Made by a program: the position numbers and the translations under genes
Notes under the pieces: generated by a model
The model's input: only the letters and a program-made list of their open reading frames with translations
Told to the model about the DNA's origin: nothing
Database searches by the model: none
DNA from: an uncultured virus (IMG/VR IMGVR_UViG_3300028394_000079)
Lineage: Duplodnaviria > Heunggongvirae > Uroviricota > Caudoviricetes
Virus record (IMG/VR): IMGVR_UViG_3300028394_000079
Direction: 5' to 3' (one strand)
Length of the DNA: 20,000 nucleotides
In this document: positions 1-6,596 of the stretch, in pieces
How positions within the stretch are numbered: position 1 is the stretch's first letter
Layout: each line of letters opens with the position of its first letter

Positions 1-3000
1 GTGCCGCTACTAATTCATCAGAGTCGTCGTAGTATGGGCCGGGATTTTCTAACAAAGTTGTGCTGTCGTCCGGATCATATGACATGTAAACAACGTCAGG
101 CTCACCCTTGTTGTAGTCTTCAAATGTTATCTTGTTCCAGTTGTCAGGTATGTATTCTTCATTCCAAGTCATGCGGCCAACAGCTTTAAACCCATTGGCG
201 TGGTAAAGGGTGGGAAGAATTGTGGCAAATGCGTCAAGCCTTCTACCGCCTTCTTGTACCGCTAACTGGAGCGATGAGTTGGCAGATCCTCTGTGTGGCT
301 TACCTGAGAAGACGGAAACAATATCGTCTTTCTTAAGGGCAATGCCAGACTTACCATCTTGGGTTAAGAACAGGCGCATCTTGGCGTAGTCCTCTACAGG
401 ATACACAAAGACAGCCGCACCATATTCAGTTGAATCTTTGGATGCCTGAATGGCATCCGCATATGTCTGAGCATCATCACCGCTAATCTCATAGAACACG
501 GGCGATTCAAACCCGTGGTCGCTGATGATGTCTTTAAACCCTTGAGTAGGTCTGTATCGGGCAATTGGCGCTACGCCTAGAACCCGAATTCCTTCGCCAT
601 CTTCAATGCTTTCTCGCGTGTGAGTCCCGGGTTCAGATTCATTGCGTCCTCTATAGGATCGTACGGCTTCTCTGAGGGAGTATTTTGGCCCGTAGTCAGA
701 CTTCCCACGAAGTTCCTCAGCGTTCTTGACCGCTCCTCCGGATTCATCCCTGCCGTTAAGTTCTGTATCGAAGACCACACTGGGTCTTGCTCGTCCAGTA
801 GTCTTTCCGGACTGAGCGATGATTGCTTCTTCGTATCCGATGTCATCGGCTTTCCTTCCGCTTAGTTTTTCGTAGAGGCGTTTCTCATAATACCAAAGAG
901 CCGCTTGGATGTCAGCTAAAGTTAAATTAATGCCGTCTTTACGCAACATAGTTTGCGCTTTACGGCCTGCGTCATACATGAACTTGCGGTCGGTAGCTGT
1001 AAACGGTGCTTCCTCCAGCATCTCAAATTCATTCTTGTAGATGGTGTTAGCCATCTTCTCAAGGTTGTGTTCAAACAACAGTTGGTCGTAGGCGGCTCCG
1101 GCTTTGGCTTTGGCTTTCTTAAACCATGCTGGTTTCTTGTCTTTCTTGGCAGGCTCTTTCCCCTTAGCCAAATGCTCAAGCTCAGTGCTATAGCCGTATT
1201 CCTCGTACTTATTACGCAGGGGAATCGTAGCGGCAATCACTTCATCACGGGTTGCGCTAGGCATTTCCATCATGTCACGGAACTTGTTAATAGACGCTTC
1301 AGTTGCCTGAGGAATTAACAAGCCACGCATCCGGTTGACAGAGCGAGTCCACCACAGATCCATGGTGAGATAGCCCTCTGAGCCAGAGAGGTTGGCGTAG
1401 AACGCACCCAGCTTAGGCCCAAAGTAGACTGCGGCGGCAGGGACAGTCGTGTCCTTGAGGTAGCTACCATCAGTGTCTTCACCCATCTCACGCAGACGGG
1501 CATTCATTTCTTTGACCGTAATTTCTTCTAAGAGAACCTTCTCAAACTTTGTGCCGTGCAGATTAAGCAGGTCTTGGATCATCTTGAGGTTGTTCTCAAG
1601 AGCGGTAGCTCTACGGTTGCCCATGGCAATCAGAGGCTTACCATCACGCAGTTTGGAATACAGCGTGATAGCGTTAGTAATGTTCTTGTTAACCTTTTCA
1701 CCGTTAGATGTAACTGCCACCAATGCAGAGAATACAGAACGGGCGTGTTTGTTATCGCTCAGTTCAGGGAAACGGCTTGCCAAGCGTTTAACCGCCTTGG
1801 GATAGTTGTTTGAATACCAACCCAGACCTGTACCAGTTGTGGCTTGAGTGCCCAATTGGAATGCAACCTCATCTGCCATTGCCCTAGCAAGCTGAGTAGA
1901 TTGCTCTTCGCTCAAGTTGCTTCGATCCATCTGGCCGAAACGATCTATGGTGTATTGGTTTAAAGCACTGGCGATGTCCCGGACATTATTGAATATGCCA
2001 CGCTTGGCCTTGGTGTTTAAACCAAGATCCTGCTGGGACGCAGTCATGTCCTGCTCCATAAAGTTACGGGTAGACAGCGGCGTATAAACGGGCTGTTTTT
2101 CATCCCCGTAGAAAGCGCCAAAGGATGTAAGCGACTTCTTAACTTCTTTGTTTGCCTCGGCAGGCTTAGAAGGTTTTAGTTCACCCTTCTCAATCTTGCC
2201 AAAGATGTCCTTGTAGGACTCGTAGCCTTGACCATTGAGGTATGACTTGAGGGTAGAGAAGAAGTTGCGGAGTTTGTTCAGCAACGCAGTCAACATTCCC
2301 GGAGGAGCCTTGTTAGCATCAAAGTCACCAAAGGCATCTGCGATTGCTTCTTCCAGAATGTCTGCTTCGTTTAAACCCATCTCAACATAGGCATCGTACC
2401 GGCTGACAACTCGCCCGTCGGATGTCTTTGTTTGATTGTTCTTAAGGTACTTGTCTACCCACTCAGCTTTAGCTTGACGCTCTAAAGAAGCCCACTGGGA
2501 ATCAGTAAAGAACCCTAGTTCTTTTAAAGCATGGAGGGCTTCATGGCGCATAACCCTTACAGGGTTCTGTGCATCGATAGCTAACTGGATAACCTTAGCG
2601 GCATAGGAGCCATCTGCGCCCTGTTCAATGGCATTAACAATCTTTAGGGCTACATCCTGTAGGCCAAACCGTCCCAACATGGATTGGAGGGAAGCTTGTA
2701 CGGCTTGAAGCCCTTGTGTTTGTTCTGGTGTTCTAGGTGCTGGTGCTGGCGCTGTAGACCGGCGGGCAATCTCTGCGTTTAAACGAGCCTTTAACTTAGG
2801 AGATTTGGTTTTTGCCAACTCTTGAATTTCTTTGTCTGACAGGTCTTCAAAGATAGATTGCTCGGCTTCCTCACGGGTAGCCTTGGTTCCTTTAACAACC
2901 TGACCCTTGGTAACTCGGTATGTCTTGGGCGTAACCTTCTTTGTGCCAACAGGCACAACAGTGACAGGCCTGCTATAGATCTCTTCTTGATTCTTAAGGT

Positions 3001-5158
3001 TAGCAATGACGGGCATAGCCTCGTCTAGCACGGCTTGGTGCGCTTCTTCTGCAACCTTATATGCGGGGGTATCAACCAACCCATTGAGTTCAAACTTGTG
3101 CAGTTCGTTCTCGGACTTAGTAATCTTTGCGTCTTGAGCCTTTAAAGCTTCTTGCGTTTTCTTAAGTTCACCCTGTGCAAAACTGTTTAGTTTCTCAGCA
3201 TGAGTATTGGCTTGCTCCATGGTGTCCATAGAGCGAACCTTTTGGTCACCGCTCATGACATCATAAGATTCTGCCTGCTCTTCTTCTTGCCCAACTTCCT
3301 CCTGAATGTTGTATCCAGTAGGTGTGGTACGTGAGGGAACACTAACTTTCTTGTCTTCCGTGACAATACTTCCGTTCTTAGTTGCATCGTTAAGCAAGGC
3401 ATTAACGGCAGAACCCTTTAGTCCTGTGGCCGTCTCTATGGCTGTTGTTGTTTCTTTAAACGTTAACTCATCCTTACCAACTTCATCCATCTTGGCGTTT
3501 AAAGCATCTACAGCCTGTGTAACTTGTTCAGGTGTGTAGCGTGTAGCGTTAGTGCCTTCGGGTAGGGCTTGCTTAGTCTCAAATGTAGGGAGCTTCTGTA
3601 GGGCTGTAACCGCAGAATGCAACTGGGGCTGAGACATCTGAGCAAGATCAGCGATGCCAGTTGATCTAGAAAGGAAGTCCCCAAACCCGGGAGCGTTTAC
3701 ATCCACATTCTTTTCAGTAGCCAGCGCAGTTACCGCGTCAGGCGTGTAAACCTGATCTGTGTGACCGGTCTTCTGGGCGATCAATGCGTTTAAAGCGGCA
3801 GTCTCTTTAGCTACATCTTTGCCCGGCAGGGCATCAACCACATCATCCAAACTGTACGCAGATAGCGTAGGCTTACCTGTTGCTGTCCGGTGCTCGTTTA
3901 CATATGAGGTTAACTCAGGGCCAAGGTCAGCCTCTGTCAAAGCACCAATAGGGTTCTTAACAACCTCCATCTGCTTGGAGATTACTGCCCGCTTTTCTTC
4001 AGCTAGTTTGGTGTCTTCAGCCCTGCGCTTCTCAAACTCTGCGTTCTTGACATCTTCAGGATTAATTGTGGGTTTACCACCAGAGATAGCACCTGCACCA
4101 CCACCGATAAGGCCTGCGCCTAAAGCGGCTTGACCTAGGGTTTGTCCTAGTCCGGCAGTGAGACTTTGCTCTGGATTGACTTCACGCAAGGCAAGGTTCT
4201 GGGTAACTTTACCGCCACCCTCTTCAACCATTTCCTCAGGGATATTCTTAAGAGCGCCAGCGATTGCACCTTTAATACGACCTGTACCAAGTCTTTCGCC
4301 TGCAAGGGCACGTTCTAGGGCTTGTGCACCGGGTAATTTCTGTGCCAAAAGGGAAATAGCCGCACCACTTACTCCGGAGGCTCTGGCAAGGTTTAAAGCC
4401 TCTGCCGAAGCCTGAGGCTCGGACATGCCTTTTTCCTTCATCAGGTACTGTTTGATCTCCTCAAAGCTACCTGAGCCGATGTCTGCGCCCTGTTGGGCGG
4501 CTCCAGTGCCAATAGCGGCGGCAGTACCACGAGCTATTTGGGATTTTTTAGCGGCATCTTCAGCTAAATCAACAATGGCTTTGGCGGCTTTTTCTTTAGC
4601 GGCATTACCGACTGCGGCCTTGGCGGCAGTCTGAGCGGCACGTAACTCTGCGGCGGCGGCAGGGCCAACACCGGGAATAGCGGCGGCAAGAATAGAAGGG
4701 ATAGCCTGAGGAAGTTGCTCTGCGGCAAAACCGATACCCTGAGTTAAAGGGTTCTTAAGGACTTCACCAAACTGAGTGCCTAAGGCTGAAAGAACACCCT
4801 TTTTCTCGGCTTCTTCAACCTTACGGGCAGTTTCTGCTTCTTCAGATACAAGCTTTTCAGAAAGCTTCTTCTTGGCATAGTCCTGTAATTCTTGACCTAG
4901 GCCTTGCAGGCCAGTGGTTCCAAAGTCTTTCTCTTTGATAGCACCTGTAGTCAGGCCATAGATCTGACCGGGGAACTGAATTAATGAGCCAATGCCTGAG
5001 GCAAACTTAGCCGCAGGGTCGGTAAAGGCTTCAGTAACTGTGCGCTCTTTAACGGGGCGTGACGTACCGCCTAGCTCTTTGGCTAATTTCTCTAGATTAA
5101 CTGGTTCAATTTTGGTTGAAACACCGCCATACTGTTTTGCCAGTTCTTCTAGATCCAT
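1..5158 (-). CDS. Giant polyvalent / internal virion protein (at least 1719 aa, 3' end outside window) with HExxH metallopeptidase, HhH-glycosylase-like and GNAT-like domains
   Basis: Not in the ORF track. ATG at 5156-5158 overlaps the upstream stop (TAATG) and follows a GGAG SD. Manual translation shows no stop from 5158 to 2: MDLEELAKQYGGVSTK...RHEALHALKELGF (HEALH 2531-2545)...EEAIADAF...GWYSNNY...GPKLGAFYANL...TMDLWWTR...DIQAALWYYEK...RLDAFATILPTLYHANGFKAVGRMTWNEEY...PDVVYMSYDP. Confidence 0.93.
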   Translation of the reverse strand, partial: MDLEELAKQYGGVSTKIEPVNLEKLAKELGGTSRPVKERTVTEAFTDPAAKFASGIGSLIQFPGQIYGLTTGAIKEKDFGTTGLQGLGQELQDYAKKKLSEKLVSEEAETARKVEEAEKKGVLSALGTQFGEVLKNPLTQGIGFAAEQLPQAIPSILAAAIPGVGPAAAAELRAAQTAAKAAVGNAAKEKAAKAIVDLAEDAAKKSQIARGTAAAIGTGAAQQGADIGSGSFEEIKQYLMKEKGMSEPQASAEALNLARASGVSGAAISLLAQKLPGAQALERALAGERLGTGRIKGAIAGALKNIPEEMVEEGGGKVTQNLALREVNPEQSLTAGLGQTLGQAALGAGLIGGGAGAISGGKPTINPEDVKNAEFEKRRAEDTKLAEEKRAVISKQMEVVKNPIGALTEADLGPELTSYVNEHRTATGKPTLSAYSLDDVVDALPGKDVAKETAALNALIAQKTGHTDQVYTPDAVTALATEKNVDVNAPGFGDFLSRSTGIADLAQMSQPQLHSAVTALQKLPTFETKQALPEGTNATRYTPEQVTQAVDALNAKMDEVGKDELTFKETTTAIETATGLKGSAVNALLNDATKNGSIVTEDKKVSVPSRTTPTGYNIQEEVGQEEEQAESYDVMSGDQKVRSMDTMEQANTHAEKLNSFAQGELKKTQEALKAQDAKITKSENELHKFELNGLVDTPAYKVAEEAHQAVLDEAMPVIANLKNQEEIYSRPVTVVPVGTKKVTPKTYRVTKGQVVKGTKATREEAEQSIFEDLSDKEIQELAKTKSPKLKARLNAEIARRSTAPAPAPRTPEQTQGLQAVQASLQSMLGRFGLQDVALKIVNAIEQGADGSYAAKVIQLAIDAQNPVRVMRHEALHALKELGFFTDSQWASLERQAKAEWVDKYLKNNQTKTSDGRVVSRYDAYVEMGLNEADILEEAIADAFGDFDANKAPPGMLTALLNKLRNFFSTLKSYLNGQGYESYKDIFGKIEKGELKPSKPAEANKEVKKSLTSFGAFYGDEKQPVYTPLSTRNFMEQDMTASQQDLGLNTKAKRGIFNNVRDIASALNQYTIDRFGQMDRSNLSEEQSTQLARAMADEVAFQLGTQATTGTGLGWYSNNYPKAVKRLASRFPELSDNKHARSVFSALVAVTSNGEKVNKNITNAITLYSKLRDGKPLIAMGNRRATALENNLKMIQDLLNLHGTKFEKVLLEEITVKEMNARLREMGEDTDGSYLKDTTVPAAAVYFGPKLGAFYANLSGSEGYLTMDLWWTRSVNRMRGLLIPQATEASINKFRDMMEMPSATRDEVIAATIPLRNKYEEYGYSTELEHLAKGKEPAKKDKKPAWFKKAKAKAGAAYDQLLFEHNLEKMANTIYKNEFEMLEEAPFTATDRKFMYDAGRKAQTMLRKDGINLTLADIQAALWYYEKRLYEKLSGRKADDIGYEEAIIAQSGKTTGRARPSVVFDTELNGRDESGGAVKNAEELRGKSDYGPKYSLREAVRSYRGRNESEPGTHTRESIEDGEGIRVLGVAPIARYRPTQGFKDIISDHGFESPVFYEISGDDAQTYADAIQASKDSTEYGAAVFVYPVEDYAKMRLFLTQDGKSGIALKKDDIVSVFSGKPHRGSANSSLQLAVQEGGRRLDAFATILPTLYHANGFKAVGRMTWNEEYIPDNWNKITFEDYNKGEPDVVYMSYDPDDSTTLLENPGPYYDDSDELVAA
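577..846 (-). CDS. Nested (overprinted, +1 frame) 89-aa helical protein inside the polyvalent gene; candidate immunity/antitoxin
   Basis: ATG start with AAGGA SD 6 nt upstream, matching the RBS of bona fide genes here. Protein-like sequence ending DPIEDAMNLNPGLTREKALKMAKEFGF. Host-frame codon usage is distorted over this interval. Confidence 0.7.
   Translation of the reverse strand: MTSDTKKQSSLSPERLLDEQDPVWSSIQNLTAGMNPEERSRTLRNFVGSLTTGQNTPSEKPYDPIEDAMNLNPGLTREKALKMAKEFGF
853..857 (-). promoter_or_regulatory. Shine-Dalgarno AAGGA for nested ORF 577..846
   Basis: Minus strand reads GGAAGGAAAGCCG-ATG. AAGGA with a 5-7 nt spacer also precedes the starts at 6585, 9425, 14343, 16176 and 18171. 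Confidence 0.6.
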
Positions 5159-6585
5159 TATTTTGCTCCACTAGCTAGTCTAAACGCATCAGCCGCCGCT
5201 TGGGTTGGGAATGTGTGAACCATTCCTCCTGCCGTAACAGTATATCCTCCAGCGGTTGGAGTCGCACTAGGAGTTGCACTTGGAGTTGCGCCGGGAACGG
5301 CAGAAGGCAAGCCTTTTTCAGCTAGTGGGCCAATGTTGTACTTAGAATAATGCTTATTAATACCTTCAAGATCGGCGGCTTTCTCAGTTTTCCACGCTTC
5401 TTTTTCAGCTTTTTGATACTGGCGTGGATCATCTTTATATTTTGTATCGTGTTCTTTAATTGCTCTTTCGTATTGACCAAGCAATGCGGCATCTGCTTGA
5501 CCAGTTCTATTTCCATACACGCTTGCAATACCTTCTCTGATAGCATTTAAACGATCTGGGTCGGCTTTTTGGAGGGCATCTGCAATTTGCAAAGCTGGGT
5601 TAATTTTCATAACGCCAACTTTGTCACGCTCAATAGCAAGCTTCTTAAGTTCAAGATCTTTCTCTTGAGCCAACTTAAGCTTTTCTTGATCTGTTCTAGC
5701 CACTTGGATAGCCGCATCGTACTTCTGCTTGATAGCGGCTTCAGCGGCAGTGTTACCTGTCTGGTACAGTTCTTTCTTATACTGATAGCCAGTGTCAGAC
5801 TTCCTCTGAGCCAGATCAATCATTTTGTCAGTCAAGGTGTTCTGTTCTGCTTCACGGGCTTTCTGCAATGCTCTTTGTTGCTGTGCACCATAAGAGCCAG
5901 CCGCCGCACTAGAGCGGGTACTAACTGGAGCATTGGCAACCTGCTCAAGATACTCCATCACTGCGTCATAGCCGGGTTTAGGAGGAGCAAGCTTCTCCTT
6001 ACGTGCTTGGTTCTCAGCAATTAAGCGATCAATCTGCGTCGTGTCGGGAGCACCAACTTCAGCCCTTTGACGCTCAATAGCGGCTGTACGTTTAGCTTCC
6101 TCGTTTACACGCATCTGTTCACGAAGAATGTCGTCTGCGCTTCTTGTGTCTGGTGTTGGGCCACCCTCATCAAACGAGACTACCCCGCCATGGAAATAGG
6201 ATTCGCCCACATTAGAGGTTAGGCTATCAATGCCCTGTTCCTCAGGTTGAGGTCTAGGTTGTGGAACTCCCATAGGAACAATACCGGGTCTGCCATCTTT
6301 AGCCATTTGCTTCTGAGCCTCCTGAACCATACGAGCCTGTAAAGCCTGCTTGGCCTTGGCCTGAACATCTTCTGCAACTGTTGGCATGTTAGGAGGAGCG
6401 TTTAAAGCGGCCTGAATACCAGCACCCTGACGCATCTGGTTGATGTCGTTTAAAGCAAGAAGCTGGCGCAAATCCTGTGGGATTCCACCATGTTGTTTTT
6501 TATCTTGGTCAACTTTCTGAGCCAAGGGCGCAGGGTTGCCTTGATATGCTGAGGCAATCTGATTGACGGATGGAGGTGTAAACAT
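5158..6585 (-). CDS. Probable internal virion / DNA ejection protein (475 aa)
   Basis: AAGGA SD. Q/A/E/K-rich helical and coiled-coil composition, YFHGGVVSFDEGG motif, ATPS linker and short C-terminal module YTVTAGGMVHTFPTQAAADAF. Lies directly upstream of the giant protein; function inferred from synteny. Confidence 0.75.
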   Translation of the reverse strand: MFTPPSVNQIASAYQGNPAPLAQKVDQDKKQHGGIPQDLRQLLALNDINQMRQGAGIQAALNAPPNMPTVAEDVQAKAKQALQARMVQEAQKQMAKDGRPGIVPMGVPQPRPQPEEQGIDSLTSNVGESYFHGGVVSFDEGGPTPDTRSADDILREQMRVNEEAKRTAAIERQRAEVGAPDTTQIDRLIAENQARKEKLAPPKPGYDAVMEYLEQVANAPVSTRSSAAAGSYGAQQQRALQKAREAEQNTLTDKMIDLAQRKSDTGYQYKKELYQTGNTAAEAAIKQKYDAAIQVARTDQEKLKLAQEKDLELKKLAIERDKVGVMKINPALQIADALQKADPDRLNAIREGIASVYGNRTGQADAALLGQYERAIKEHDTKYKDDPRQYQKAEKEAWKTEKAADLEGINKHYSKYNIGPLAEKGLPSAVPGATPSATPSATPTAGGYTVTAGGMVHTFPTQAAADAFRLASGAK

Positions 6586-6596
6586 TTAAATATCCT

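Noticed and set aside
922..1503. Other +1-frame minus-strand ORFs inside the giant gene (922..1236 and 1315..1503; also 2791..3006)
   Set aside because: No AAGGA-type SD seen, shadow-like composition rich in Leu/Arg/Cys/Pro, and normal host-frame codon usage where I counted it (900-1860). They do show that +1 ORFs arise by chance, so the call for 577..846 rests on its SD, position and codon distortion.
2045..2060. Possible in-frame internal start (GGAG...ATG at 2047) before the glycosylase-like domain
   Set aside because: A 4-nt SD match is common by chance and there is no other support.
1..5174. Plus-strand ORFs antisense to the giant gene (e.g. 620..865, 953..1318, 1473..1805, 3819..4133)
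   Set aside because: Antisense shadows of a long coding frame; no convincing RBS or protein-like features noticed.
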